64,000 nt of DNA from an uncultured Chloroflexia bacterium. Lineage in GTDB: Bacteria > Chloroflexota > Limnocylindria > Limnocylindrales > CSP1-4. The notes below the pieces were generated by a model, which was given only the letters and a program-made list of their open reading frames with translations, was not told the DNA's origin and searched no databases. Positions 44,650 through 55,300 of this stretch are shown here, in pieces. The stretch is taken from positions 306,101-370,100 of the forward strand of contig CAVTKZ010000004.1 of NCBI GenBank assembly GCA_963735455.1, read 5' to 3'. Each line of letters begins with the position of its first letter. Position 1 is the stretch's first letter. A program made the translations under genes and the position numbers.

Positions 44650-45588
44650 TCAGCCATTGATCAGCAGATAGCGCTTCACCGTTCCCTTCTTCGTGTCCAG
44701 GTCGACGATCGCCGCCTGGAGCACGCCGTCCTCGTAGGTACTGCCCGGGTTCACGGCGAGCGTACGGCCCAGCTTCACCGCGCCACGCCCTTCGTGGATG
44801 TGCCCGTGCAACGAGAGCAGGGGTCCGTATTCGAGGATCGCCTCGCGGACCGCGTGCGATCCGACCGGGATCAACGCCTGGCCGCCGGAGACGTAGTTCA
44901 TCGCGGCATCGAGCTTGGGGGCGTTATCGAGGTTCGAGCCATAGGGCGGGACGTGGAAGTTGAAGATCGCCCGGTGGGGGTCGGGCGCCGCCTTGACCAG
45001 CTCGTCGATCTTGGCCCGGAGCTGGTCCTCGGGCAGCTCCCGGAACGTGTTCCAGGGCGTCGGGTTGGTCCAGCCGGTCGAGATCATGGTCAGCCCTTCG
45101 AGGTCGATCGGGACGCCCTCGCCAAGGGTCGCCGAGCCGGCCCGCTCGATGATCTCGTCGATCTCGAACATGTCGTCGTTGGCCGGCGAGACGATGCACC
45201 GGATCTGCGAGCCGCGCAGCTTCTCGTCGGCGATCGCCATCCAGCGCTCGACGCCGTGGACGATCTCGGCCTTGAACCGGGCGTCGACCAGGCTCGCGTC
45301 GTCAGCCCAGGCGTCAACTTCCTCACGGCTCAGGCGGATCGGGTAGTAGCCCCGGTCCGAGATGCGCTTCTCCATCGCGACCAGCTCGGCCTCGGTCGTC
45401 AGGGTCAGCTTCTGGTCCTGGAGCGTCAACTCCCAGGTGCTGCCATTAGCCACGATCGGAACCATGGCCTTGCCGGTCATGTCCCCACCCATGATCAGGA
45501 CGTCCGCCTTGTGGAAGGTCCCAGCGTTGAGGAACTTGCGCCAGCAGACATCCGAGCCGTGGACGTCGGTGGCATAGAAGATGCGCAT
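44650..45588 (-). CDS. Metallophosphoesterase (calcineurin-like phosphoesterase) family protein.
   Basis: MRIFYATDVHGS (DxH), GGDMTG (GDxxD), GNHE-like HGHIHEG motifs. 312 aa. Confidence 0.8.
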   Translation of the reverse strand: MRIFYATDVHGSDVCWRKFLNAGTFHKADVLIMGGDMTGKAMVPIVANGSTWELTLQDQKLTLTTEAELVAMEKRISDRGYYPIRLSREEVDAWADDASLVDARFKAEIVHGVERWMAIADEKLRGSQIRCIVSPANDDMFEIDEIIERAGSATLGEGVPIDLEGLTMISTGWTNPTPWNTFRELPEDQLRAKIDELVKAAPDPHRAIFNFHVPPYGSNLDNAPKLDAAMNYVSGGQALIPVGSHAVREAILEYGPLLSLHGHIHEGRGAVKLGRTLAVNPGSTYEDGVLQAAIVDLDTKKGTVKRYLLING

Positions 45589-46027
45589 CAGTTGCGTGCG
45601 ACCGGGTCGGCCGATGTTGCCGGATCCACACTCGCCGCCGTGCCTGCCGACATCGACCGCACCTCAGGTTGCACCCACCCTCCACGTTGGGGCTGGACGG
45701 CAGTATAGGGCTGCGTCAACTCGATTCGACCGGGGAATTCCGGCTCGCGTCGAAGGATCGGCATCCGGCTGGCCGACCGGACTTCCGGGCTACAGAGTCA
45801 GCCGGCCAACTGGCTATCATCACGGACGAGTGGGGTTGGGGGGAGCCGTCCATCACCGCACCGTCGCCACTCGAACCATCTCGCTGGTCCACGACCCGGG
45901 ATGACCGCGCCCATCGGGCGCTCCCTGCAGCCCGCCCTGCCGGCGGCGTTCGTCGCCGTCGGCCGCCTGCAGCCGCGCCTCGCCCCGAGACCTCCCAGAA
46001 GTTCCGGTCACCTCGTAAGGAGCACCC

Positions 46028-47071
46028 ATGAGCCCCTCAGACCTGCTTGCCCGGCGGCCAGCCGCCGTCGCGGCCGCCGCCGCCCTGGTCCTTGCCGCCT
46101 GCATCTCAGTGGCCAGCCCCGCACCGCCGAGCCCGGCCGCGACCGCGCCACCGACGCCCAGTGCCGTTGCCCTGGCCAGCGCCGCGGCCAGCCTCCCGGC
46201 AAGCGGTGCGCCATGCGGCAAAGTCAACCTCGCCGAGAACCCGTGGGTCGGCTACCAGGCCGACGCGGCCGTCGTCGCCTATCTCCTCGTCAAGAAGCTG
46301 GGCTGCACCGTGGTCAAGCAGCCGATCGACGAGGTCCTCGCCTGGCAGGGCCTGCCGACCGGCGCGGTCGATGCGATCCTCGAGGTATGGGGCCACCAGG
46401 ACCTGTATGCCAAGTACGTCACGACCGACAAGACGGCCGTTGACGCCGGCCCCAACGGCGCCCAGGGCCTGATCGGCTGGTTCGTGCCCAAGGCCTTCGC
46501 CGACGCCAACCCATCGATCCTCACGGCGGCTACCAAGCCGGCCGTCCTGAACACGTTTGCCGCCCAGTTCAAGACGTCCGCGTCGGGTGGCAAGGGCCAG
46601 CTCCTCGACGGCGACCCGGCCTTCGTGACCGAGGATGCCGGGATGATCGCCGGCCTCAACCTGGACTACCAGGTCGTCTATTCGGGCAGCGAGGCGGCGT
46701 CCGACAAGGCGATCAAGACGGCGATCGACGCCGGCAAGCCGATCCTCACCTACTACTACACGCCCAACTGGTTCAGCACCCAGGTCGACCTGGTCCACGT
46801 CGCGCTGCCGGCCTACACCACCGGCTGCCAGGCCGATGCTCACAAGGTCACCTGCGACTACCAGCCCTATAACGCCCTGTACAAGGTCGTCTCCTCCAGG
46901 CTGGCCAACAGCGGCAGCCCGGCGTACGCCCTGATCAAGAGCTTCAACTGGACGAACGACGACCAGGACACCGTCGCGGCCTACATCGCCAAGGACGGCC
47001 TGAGCGATGACGCGGCCGCCCAGAAATGGGTCGACGCCAACCCGACGAAGTGGGCGGCGTGGATGCCCTGA
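46028..47071 (+). CDS. Glycine betaine / proline betaine ABC transporter substrate-binding lipoprotein (OpuAC/ProX family). Orphan: no cognate permease or ATPase is adjacent.
   Basis: Lipobox LVLAACIS. OpuAC-like fold motifs with an aromatic Trp cage (…NPWVGYQAD…WGHQD…). AAGGAG ribosome-binding site. Confidence 0.75.
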   Translation: MSPSDLLARRPAAVAAAAALVLAACISVASPAPPSPAATAPPTPSAVALASAAASLPASGAPCGKVNLAENPWVGYQADAAVVAYLLVKKLGCTVVKQPIDEVLAWQGLPTGAVDAILEVWGHQDLYAKYVTTDKTAVDAGPNGAQGLIGWFVPKAFADANPSILTAATKPAVLNTFAAQFKTSASGGKGQLLDGDPAFVTEDAGMIAGLNLDYQVVYSGSEAASDKAIKTAIDAGKPILTYYYTPNWFSTQVDLVHVALPAYTTGCQADAHKVTCDYQPYNALYKVVSSRLANSGSPAYALIKSFNWTNDDQDTVAAYIAKDGLSDDAAAQKWVDANPTKWAAWMP

Positions 47072-47146
47072 GCCGCGCCGGTTCCTGATCCCCGACACCG
47101 CCCGGTCGAGGCCGACCGGGCGGTGTGCTAAGCCCTGCCTGTTATC

Positions 47147-47911
47147 GTGGAATGGATGGACACGGCCGTGCGATCCGAGCTCGCCCCGGAGCCCGCGACC
47201 GGGCCCGCTCGCGAAGGTTCGCGACCGATCGCCGTGCGCTGGCTGGGCCGCCTCGAGTACCGCGCCGCGTGGGCGCTCCAGCGCGAGCTCGTCGAGGCTC
47301 GGGCTGCTGACCGGATCCCCGACCAGCTCCTGCTCCTCGAGCACCCCGCCGTGCTCACCCTGGGCCGCCATGCCGACGAACGGTTCGTGCGCGCCCCGGC
47401 CGCCGAGCTCGCCCGGCGCGGGATCGAGCTGATCCGGGTTGAACGCGGCGGCGAGGTCACCTATCACGGGCCGGGCCAGCTGGTGGCCTACCCGATCCTG
47501 GCCCTCGGCCGGCGCGGGCTCCTGGTCCGGCCGCTCGTCGCGGCGCTCGAAGGCGCCCTGGCCGAGACCTGTGCCGAGCTCGGCGTCGAGGCCGGCCCAC
47601 GGCCGGGCCATCCCGGCTGCTGGGTGGCGGCCGACGGTCCCGCACCGCGCAAGATCGGCGCGCTCGGCCTGCGGGTCGAACGCGGCGTGTGCTTCCACGG
47701 GATCGCCCTGAACGTCGATCCGCTGATGGCCGACTTCGAGCTGCTCGACGCCTGTGGGATGCCCGGGGTCATCTCGACCTCGATCGCGACCGAGCTCGGC
47801 CGGCCCGACGAGGCGCCGTCGACCGAGGCCGTGGCCCGAGCCGCCTCGATCTTCGCCCGGGCCCTCGGCCGGCGCCTCGAGGCGGAGCTGGCCGGCGACC
47901 TGCCGGCCTGA
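47147..47911 (+). CDS. lipB: Lipoyl(octanoyl) transferase.
   Basis: LipB motifs: ...LLLLEHPAVLTLGR..., RGGEVTYHGPGQLVAYPIL, KIGALGLRVERGVCFHGIALNV. Confidence 0.85.
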   Translation: MEWMDTAVRSELAPEPATGPAREGSRPIAVRWLGRLEYRAAWALQRELVEARAADRIPDQLLLLEHPAVLTLGRHADERFVRAPAAELARRGIELIRVERGGEVTYHGPGQLVAYPILALGRRGLLVRPLVAALEGALAETCAELGVEAGPRPGHPGCWVAADGPAPRKIGALGLRVERGVCFHGIALNVDPLMADFELLDACGMPGVISTSIATELGRPDEAPSTEAVARAASIFARALGRRLEAELAGDLPA

Positions 47912-47917
47912 CCAGCG

Positions 47918-48904
47918 ATGGCTGCCGGCCTGTTCGAGCTGCGCCGCGACGCGATCACCGGCTGGTGGGTCGCGACGATCGTCGATCGCGCCTTCCATCG
48001 CGACCGCTTCGCCCGGGCGGCGGCGCCGGTCGAGCAGGAGGACGGCTGCCAGAACTGCCGTGAGCCCGAGGGCGACGGCGTCCGGCTGCGGGTCCTCAAG
48101 GACTACGCCTTCCATGTCGTGGGCACCGAGGCCGAGGCGCGCCAGCTCGATCGGAGCCTGGCCCAGGTCGCGATCGAGCAGGCCCGCGCGTCGGGCAGCT
48201 GGCGGACCGTGGTCGCCCCGCCGGGCGAGCATCGCCCGCTCCAGGCCGTCGGCGACGAGCTGATCGGCTCGATGCTCCGGATGTGCCGCGACGCGATCGC
48301 CGAATCAGGCCGGGCCGGACAGACCGCGTATGTCCAGGTGGTCCAGAACTGGGGCGCCCAGGCCGGGGCCCGGACCGACCACCTGTGCCTGGACCTGTAT
48401 GACCTGCCCCAGGTGCCGCATCGGGTCGGCGAGGAGATCGGGGGCGCCGCCCGGTTCGTGATCCGCGAGGGCGAGTGCCCGTTCTGCCGGCTCGTCCGGG
48501 ATGAGAGCCAGCGCCGCGATCGGTTGCTCTGGGAGGACGCCTGGAGCGTCGCCTTCGCGCCCTACGCCTCGCGCTCGCCGTTCGAGGCCTGGATCGTGCC
48601 TCGGACCCATGCCGCGGACTTTGGCCGGGCCAGCGACGCGGACGTGCAGGCCACGGCCGAGGCCCTGCGCCGCGTCCTGGGCCTCCTGGCGACCCTCGAC
48701 GGGCCGCCCCACAACCTGGTCCTCCACACGGCGCCGCTGCGCGAGCGGATCGATGGCACCTATCACTGGCATTGGGAGATTCACCCCCGCCTGCGGGAGA
48801 TTGCCGGCCTGGAGCTGGGCACCGGGCTGCCGGTCAACCCCGTCTCGCCCGAGGATGCGGTCGAAGAGCTCCTCCGTTCGGCCGCCGATCGCCGGACCGG
48901 ATGA
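47918..48904 (+). CDS. Galactose-1-phosphate uridylyltransferase-like HIT-superfamily protein (GalT family).
   Basis: Zn-binding CxxC pairs (CQNC..., CPFC). Second half-domain HIT-like motif GTYHWHWEIHPR. Confidence 0.65.
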   Translation: MAAGLFELRRDAITGWWVATIVDRAFHRDRFARAAAPVEQEDGCQNCREPEGDGVRLRVLKDYAFHVVGTEAEARQLDRSLAQVAIEQARASGSWRTVVAPPGEHRPLQAVGDELIGSMLRMCRDAIAESGRAGQTAYVQVVQNWGAQAGARTDHLCLDLYDLPQVPHRVGEEIGGAARFVIREGECPFCRLVRDESQRRDRLLWEDAWSVAFAPYASRSPFEAWIVPRTHAADFGRASDADVQATAEALRRVLGLLATLDGPPHNLVLHTAPLRERIDGTYHWHWEIHPRLREIAGLELGTGLPVNPVSPEDAVEELLRSAADRRTG

Positions 48905-48986
48905 CCGGGCAGCGTCACATGGTCCCCGTCGAGCCCGTCTTTCGCCCGTGGACCAGATCGGCCAGCTTGCCCCGCTCAGCCTCCCG

Positions 48987-49571
48987 ATGGATCGTGCCTT
49001 GACCGGCTCGCCTGCCCGGACCACGGCCGACGTCTTCATCGAGGACCTCTTCCAGCGCCACCACGGCGAGATCTACGCCTACCTCGTCCGGATGCTGCGT
49101 GATCCGGAGCTGGCCGCGGACCTCACCCAGGACGCGTTCATCAAGGCCTACCGGGCCCACGATTCGCTCGAGGACCCGGCCCATGCCCGGGCCTGGCTGT
49201 ACCAGATCGCCCATCGGGTGGCCCTCGACGAGATCCGCCGGCGCAAGATCGTCCGGTTCCTGCCGTGGACCGGCGAGTCCCATGGCACGGCTCCATCGGC
49301 CGAGCACCTGGCCCTCGAGGGGCGCCTGTCGAGCGACCTCCAGCGGGCCCTGGCCCGGATCCCGGAACGCCAGCGAGCCGCTCTCCTGCTGGCCGAGCTG
49401 CACGACCTGACCGGCCTCGAGCTGGCCGCCGCCCTGGGCGTCAGCCACGTGGCTGCCCGGGCCCTGCTCACCCGGGCCCGCGACAGCCTGCGCCGCGAGC
49501 TGACGGCGGAGCGCGATGCCGAGGCCGCCGCCGAGCTCGAGCCGCGGGCCGACCGCCGGACGCCGCGATGA
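48987..49571 (+). CDS. ECF RNA polymerase sigma factor.
   Basis: Region 2 (DLTQDAFIKAYRA...ARAWLYQIAHR) and region 4 (LLLAELHDLTGLELAAALGVSHVAARALLTRAR). Its stop overlaps the anti-sigma start (ATGA). Confidence 0.85.
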   Translation: MDRALTGSPARTTADVFIEDLFQRHHGEIYAYLVRMLRDPELAADLTQDAFIKAYRAHDSLEDPAHARAWLYQIAHRVALDEIRRRKIVRFLPWTGESHGTAPSAEHLALEGRLSSDLQRALARIPERQRAALLLAELHDLTGLELAAALGVSHVAARALLTRARDSLRRELTAERDAEAAAELEPRADRRTPR

Positions 49572-51496
49572 GCGAGCCGATGACCCACGAGCGAGCGCGC
49601 CGGCTGGCGGCGGTCCGGATTGACCAGCCCCTGCCGCCGGGTGACGAAGCGGCCCTGGAGACCCATCTTGCCGGCTGCGCCGACTGCCGGGCCGTGGCCG
49701 CCGGCTACGAGGCCGACCGGCTGGCCCTGCGGGCGATGGCACCGGTCGAGCCGCCCCGCGACCTGTGGGCCCGGACGAGCGCGGCCCTCGAGCTCGAACG
49801 CGCCCGTCATCCCCGCTACGCACGACGTGGTCCGCGACGCTGGGGCCCGATCGCCGTCCTGGGCGGCGGCGTGGCCCTCGTCCTGGTGATCGTGATCGTC
49901 GGCCCCGGCCTGCTGAATCCGGCATCACCGGGGCCCGGCCCGGTGGCGATCGCATCGGGCGCCGTGGCGCCGCCGCCGTCGGCCGGGCCGGCCGTCACAC
50001 CGCTGACCGTGTCGACCCAGGTGACCTGGGTCGTGACCCGGAGCTCGGGTGGCGTGTCGCTGGTCACGGCCAACGTCAAGGAGGTCTGCCCGACCGGGGA
50101 TGAGCCCGACTGCGCTCCGCTGGCGGGCATCTCGCGCAGCCTGGCCGACCTGCCCACCGTGCCCAGCTCACTCGTCCTGTCACCGTCGAATGCCGGCCAA
50201 GCCGTGGCAATCGGCCCTGCCCCGGACCAGGTCGGGACGACCCTGTTCGTGATGGCCGTCCCGAGCCCGGCCCCGAGCGCCACGCCCAACCCCACGCCGA
50301 CGGTCGCGCCCAGCGTCCTGCCGTCGGCGAGCGCCGCCAGCGGCCCGACCCAGAGCCCCGCGCCGACCCCCGTCGCGACGGCGAGCGCCAGCCCACAGCT
50401 GACGCCGAGCCTGGGACCGTCGCCTGCAGCGTCGCCCTCAGCGTCCCCGCTGGCCAGCCCGCTGCCGCCCGGCAGCCCGGCGCCGAGTGCCGCCGCGACC
50501 CTCGCGATCCTGAGCAGCGTGACCCTGGTTGGTGACCAGGCCGCCTACAGCCCGGACGGCCAGTGGTTCGCCTTCTCGGCCCGTCCCGCGGGGACGGCGA
50601 CCGGTCCCGACATCTATGTCTGGCAGGCCGGCTGGCCGGCCGCCCAGCCGATCACGACCGACCATTCTTCGGTCTTCTCGGGCTGGGTTGACGGCCGGAT
50701 CCTGGCCAGCCGGGCCGAGCCGATCGGGAGCACCGCCAGCCCTGCTCCGAGCGCATCGGCGCCGGCCGACCCGGGCGCGTCCATCACGCCCAACTCGCCC
50801 GTGGCGCCGGCCCCCAGCCCGAGCCCGGCAGCCACCGCCTCGGCCAGCCCGGCAGACGGCTCAGCAGGCTCGGGCCAGCCGGAGGCCAGCCCGTCGGCAC
50901 CGCCCGTGCTGGCCACGCCGGCGGCCTACCTGATCGATCCGGCGACGGGCATTGCGACCCGGATCGCCGGGCTCGACGGCTGGCGGCCGGTCGTCGACCC
51001 GTCCGGGCGCTGGGTTGCCTACTGGGCCGGGACGCTCCGCTTCGACGCGGCCAGCGGGACGTGGCAGCCGTTCGAGGGCGGGCTGCAGGTCGCCAGCTGG
51101 GCGATCGTCAGCACCGCGCCCGACGCCCAGGCCGGCGCCGCCGCCGCTCATCCCTTGCCGCTCCCGGCCGGCACCGACTGGGACGTGCGCTGGGACCGAA
51201 CCGGCGAGCACCTCGGGCTGTGGATCGCGGACCCGAACAATCCGGGCCTGGGCAGCCTGAGCCTGTTGACGATCGACCCGAGCTCGGGCCTGACCAGCTC
51301 GGCGCCGCCGATCGTGCTCAACATGACCCCCGCCCTGCGCGGATTCGCCCTGCGCGACGGCCAGCTCGTGTGGGCTACCCCGCCGGGTCAGGATGGCACC
51401 GGCAGCCAGCTCTCGGTCCTCGCCTGGTCGGGTCCCAATGCCGGCCGGACGTCGGTCCAGCCGATCGACGGGGGAGCGCTGATCGTCGTTCCCTGA
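49568..51496 (+). CDS. Anti-sigma factor: zf-HC2 (HLAGCADC) cytoplasmic domain, one TM helix, ~230-aa Pro/Ala/Ser-rich linker, and a C-terminal extracytoplasmic beta-rich (TolB/propeller-like) domain.
   Basis: Coupled to the ECF sigma. TM segment IAVLGGGVALVLVIVIVG. Long low-complexity SPAPSATP region. The C-terminus has YSPDGQWFAF / DPSGRWVAYW WD-like repeats. Confidence 0.7.
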   Translation: MSEPMTHERARRLAAVRIDQPLPPGDEAALETHLAGCADCRAVAAGYEADRLALRAMAPVEPPRDLWARTSAALELERARHPRYARRGPRRWGPIAVLGGGVALVLVIVIVGPGLLNPASPGPGPVAIASGAVAPPPSAGPAVTPLTVSTQVTWVVTRSSGGVSLVTANVKEVCPTGDEPDCAPLAGISRSLADLPTVPSSLVLSPSNAGQAVAIGPAPDQVGTTLFVMAVPSPAPSATPNPTPTVAPSVLPSASAASGPTQSPAPTPVATASASPQLTPSLGPSPAASPSASPLASPLPPGSPAPSAAATLAILSSVTLVGDQAAYSPDGQWFAFSARPAGTATGPDIYVWQAGWPAAQPITTDHSSVFSGWVDGRILASRAEPIGSTASPAPSASAPADPGASITPNSPVAPAPSPSPAATASASPADGSAGSGQPEASPSAPPVLATPAAYLIDPATGIATRIAGLDGWRPVVDPSGRWVAYWAGTLRFDAASGTWQPFEGGLQVASWAIVSTAPDAQAGAAAAHPLPLPAGTDWDVRWDRTGEHLGLWIADPNNPGLGSLSLLTIDPSSGLTSSAPPIVLNMTPALRGFALRDGQLVWATPPGQDGTGSQLSVLAWSGPNAGRTSVQPIDGGALIVVP

Positions 51497-51586
51497 CGGC
51501 CGAATCACGCTCGGCCGTTGCCTCCGGTGGTGCCCGGCATGACCCGTTCGGGTTGTCCATCCCAGCGAATCGGGCTATCCTGCGGG

Positions 51587-52152
51587 CAGTGCGACTCAAG
51601 TTGGTCGCGTGCGCCGCGCTCAGCGCCGCGCTCGCACTGGTCGCCGCACCCGGTATCGTGGGCTCGCGAACCCCCAGCCCCGTCCGTGCCATCGAGGCCG
51701 CGGCGTTCCAGCCATTGCAAAGCGACGCGTCAGGCGTGATCACCTCGGTGGTTGGGCCTGCCGACCCAGCCCTGCGCTCGTCCAATGCGCTCGACGCCTC
51801 GGCCCGCTTCGCCGAGCCACTCGGCCCGGCAGCCCAGGTCCCGATCGTGGCCCCCGCCGTCAGGACCCAGCCGGTGCCCGGCTTCAGCACCTCGATCAAG
51901 CCGCCCAAGTACGTCCTGAAGGGCTACGCCAGCTTCTACACCAACGGCACCACCGCAATGCGCCTGCCCGCGGGCACGATCATCCGGGTGTGCGGCGCGG
52001 CGGCCTGCCTCAACCGGGTGGTCAACGACTACGGTCCGTCGGCCTCGTTCAAGCCGACCCGGATCATCGACATGTACCGGCCGGACTTTTTCGCCGTGTG
52101 CGGCTGCCCGTCCTACTCGGGCACGACCCTGGTAACCGTCTCGGTCTACTGA
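51587..52152 (+). CDS. RlpA-like double-psi beta-barrel (DPBB) lipoprotein / secreted protein.
   Basis: Signal peptide MRLKLVACAALSAALALVAAPG. DPBB pattern GYASFY...TAMRLPAGTIIRV...VVNDYGPS...RIIDM. GTG start (uncertain). Confidence 0.55.
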
Positions 52153-52212
52153 CCCTGCGCTAGACTGGTCGCGACCTTTAACGACCGGTTCTGTGAGGCC
52201 GGGAAGGAGAGC

Positions 52213-52779
52213 ATGACGGGTCGCCAGATCATGACCGCGGACGAGATCCGCCGGGCGACGATCCGGATCAGCCACGAGATCGTCGAGAAGCAGGCCGGCA
52301 CGGACGGACTGGCCCTGATCGGGATCCAGCGCCGAGGCGTCCCCCTCGCCCACCGGATCGCCGATTCGATCTTCGACAACGAGGGTGTCCGGCTGCCGGT
52401 CGGTGCCCTCGACATCACTTTCTACCGCGACGACCTGTCGCTGATCGCCCAGCAGCCCGTGGTCAAGGGCACCGACCTGCCCTTCGACCTCAACGGCGCC
52501 ACGATCGTCCTGGTCGACGACGTCCTGTACACCGGCCGGACGATCCGGGCGGCGATGGACGCCCTGGTCGATTTCGGGCGGCCGCAGGCGATCCGCCTGG
52601 CGGTCCTCGTCGATCGTGGCCATCGCGAGCTGCCGATCCGGGCCGACCACGTCGGCAAGAATGTGCCGACCTCGCGCGAGGAGCTCGTCCGGGTCCACCT
52701 CGAGGAGACCGACGCCGAGGACGGCGTCGTGATCGAACGGCTCGAGCGGTCGCCGGTGGTGGCCGGCAGCGGCGGATGA
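52213..52779 (+). CDS. pyrR: Bifunctional pyrimidine operon regulator / uracil phosphoribosyltransferase.
   Basis: PRTase motif [16 protein letters not shown]. Classic PyrR N-terminus. Confidence 0.9.
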   Translation: MTGRQIMTADEIRRATIRISHEIVEKQAGTDGLALIGIQRRGVPLAHRIADSIFDNEGVRLPVGALDITFYRDDLSLIAQQPVVKGTDLPFDLNGATIVLVDDVLYTGRTIRAAMDALVDFGRPQAIRLAVLVDRGHRELPIRADHVGKNVPTSREELVRVHLEETDAEDGVVIERLERSPVVAGSGG

Positions 52780-52786
52780 GCCGGCG

Positions 52787-53872
52787 ATGACCGCGGCGCC
52801 GCCCGACCGGGCCGAGGGCGAACCGGCTGCGGCCGTGCTCCAGGTGCCGTCCGTCGACGCCGCACCGAGCAGCCAGCCGACCCGCTGGAGGCACCGCCAC
52901 CTGCTCGACCTCGATGTCGTCAGCTGGCCCGAGATCGAGCTGGTGATGCGCACCTCGGTGGCCATGAAGGAGGTCCTGGCCCGGCCGATTGCCCGGGTCC
53001 CCGCCCTGCGTGGGACCGGGGTCACGATCCTGTTTTACGAGGCGTCCACCCGGACCCGGGTCAGCTTCGAGGTCGCCGCCAAGAACCTGTCGGCCGACGT
53101 GGTCAACATCGCCGCGGCGGCAAGCAGCGTCGCCAAGGGCGAATCGCTGGTCGACACGATCCGCACGGTCGAGGCGCTGGGCGCCCGGATGATCGTCATC
53201 CGCCACTCGGCCTCGGGGGCCGCCAACCTGGCCGCCGAGCACTTCTCGGGCTCGATCCTGAACGGCGGCGACGGCTGGCACGCCCATCCCAGCCAGGCCC
53301 TGCTCGACCTGTTCACCCTGCGCGAGCGGCTGCCGGACGGCGACCTGCGCGGGCGCAAGGTGGTGATCCTGGGCGACGCACTCCACTCCCGCGTCGCGCG
53401 CTCGAACATCTGGAGCCTGACTGCCGCCGGGGCCGACTTGTGGCTGTGCGCGCCGGCCACCCTGCTGCGCGGCTTCGAGGCTTGGGCGGCGCAGTCCGGG
53501 CAGGTGCCCGGGCACGGCCGCTTCCAGGTGACCAGCGACATCGGAGCGGCCCTCCGCGACGCCGACGTGATCATGGCCCTCCGGCTCCAGCGCGAACGGA
53601 TGGCGGCCGGCCTGCTGCCCTCGTTGCGCGAGTACGCGGCCCGCTTCGGCCTGAGCCTCGAGCGCCTCGCCCTGGCCCGGCCCGACGCCCTGGTGATGCA
53701 CCCCGGCCCGCTGAACGAGGGGGTCGAGATCGCGCCCGAAGTCGCCGACCATCCTCGCTCGGTGATCACCGACCAGGTCACCAACGGGGTGGCCGTCCGG
53801 ATGGCCCTGCTGTACCTGCTGGCCGGGGCCGGGTCCGGGGCCGGGTCCGGGGTCGAGGCCCTCCGTGGCTGA
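52787..53872 (+). CDS. pyrB: Aspartate carbamoyltransferase catalytic subunit.
   Basis: STRTR carbamoyl-phosphate binding, HPSQAL, and HPGP motifs. Confidence 0.9.
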   Translation: MTAAPPDRAEGEPAAAVLQVPSVDAAPSSQPTRWRHRHLLDLDVVSWPEIELVMRTSVAMKEVLARPIARVPALRGTGVTILFYEASTRTRVSFEVAAKNLSADVVNIAAAASSVAKGESLVDTIRTVEALGARMIVIRHSASGAANLAAEHFSGSILNGGDGWHAHPSQALLDLFTLRERLPDGDLRGRKVVILGDALHSRVARSNIWSLTAAGADLWLCAPATLLRGFEAWAAQSGQVPGHGRFQVTSDIGAALRDADVIMALRLQRERMAAGLLPSLREYAARFGLSLERLALARPDALVMHPGPLNEGVEIAPEVADHPRSVITDQVTNGVAVRMALLYLLAGAGSGAGSGVEALRG

Positions 53873-53882
53873 GCGCGGCGGC

Positions 53883-55297
53883 ATGACGGTCGAGCGCGGC
53901 GCACCGGCCGCCGGAATCGGCCTGCTCGTCCGGGAGCTCGAGATCAGCCGGGCCTGGCTGGTCGATCCCGCTTCCGGTCGGGAAGGCGCGGGCGAGATCG
54001 TGGTCAGGGAGGGCCGCCTCGAAGCCCTGACCTGGCTCGAAGGCGACGAAGCCGACGGAGTAGGCCCCGACGGGGTGATTGTTGCGCCCGGCTTCATCGA
54101 CCTCCATGCCCACCTGCGCGAGCCCGGCTTCGAGGACGCCGAGACGGTCGCCAGCGGCCTGGCCGCGGCCGCCCACGGTGGCTTCACCACCGTCTGCGCG
54201 ATGCCCAACACCCAACCCACGATCGATGACGCCGGGGTTTTCGGGCAGGTGCTCGCGGCGGCGACCGCCTCAGGCTCGCCGGTCGAGCTGCTGGCCTACG
54301 GCGCCCTGAGCGCGGGCCGCCGGGGCGAGTCGCTGGCCGCGCTCGGCGAGCTGAGCGATGCCGGGGCGATCGGCTTCAGCGACGACGGCGCCCCGATCCG
54401 CTCGGCGACGATCCTTCGCAACGGGCTGCTCTATGCGGGCATGCTCGGCCGGCCGGTGATCGACCATGCCGAGGACCTTGCCCTGACCGAGGGTGCCGAG
54501 GCGAATGACGGGCTCGTCGCGACGGTCTTCGGCCTGCGCGGCTGGCCGCGCCGCGGCCGAGTCCGGTCCCGTCGGGCGGGGCCTCGCGATCCTGGCCGAC
54601 GTCCTCCGCGATGAGCCCCGCGCCCGGCTCCACTTCACCCACCTGTCGACGGCCGCGGCCCTCGACCTGGTCCGGGCGGCGAAGGCCCGTGGCCTGCCGG
54701 TCACCTGCGACGTCACGCCCCACCACCTGGCCCTGACCGACGCCTGGATCGCCGGGGTCCGCGACTGGGCCTGGCAGGGCGAGGACGATCGCTGGCTGGG
54801 CAGCCCGCAGGCCGCCGGCCCGTACGACCCGGCGCTGCGGGTCAACCCGCCGCTCCGAGCCCGGAGCGATGCCCTGGCCTGCCTGGCTGCGGTCCGCGAC
54901 GGCACGGCCGACGCGATCGCGACCGACCACGCCCCGCACACCAGGGTCGACAAGATGGTCGAGTTCGGCTTGGCCGCCAACGGGATCAGCGGGATCGAGA
55001 CGGCGATCGGGATCCTGCTGGCCGCCGTCGACGCCGGGCGGCTGCCCCTCGGCCCGGGCGATCGCGGCGCTGACGAGCGGCCCGGCGAGGGTCCTCCAGG
55101 CCGGCGGCTGGAAGGGATCCCGGGGCCTCATCGAGGGCGCGCCGGCCGACCTCGTCGTGATCGACCGATCGGAGCCCTGGCGGGTCGATGCGGAAGGCCT
55201 CCGATCGAAGGGCAAGAACAGCCCGCTGATCGGCCGGGAGCTGCCCGGGCGGGTCCTGCTGACGGTCGCCGGCGGCCGGCTCGCCTACGAGGCCTGA
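53883..55297 (+). CDS. pyrC: Dihydroorotase, with two apparent +1 frameshifts.
   Basis: [13 protein letters not shown]...CAMPNTQP in ORF 53865-54614. The middle (…[32 protein letters not shown]...DHAPH) is in ORF 54493-55335. The C-terminus is in ORF 54869-55297. Confidence 0.8.
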
Positions 55298-55300
55298 CCG

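Noticed and set aside
45600-46027. Riboswitch upstream of the OpuAC-like gene.
   Set aside because: The 430-bp leader has some hairpins but no recognisable conserved riboswitch core (no TPP, SAM, B12 box or glycine motifs). It was left unannotated.
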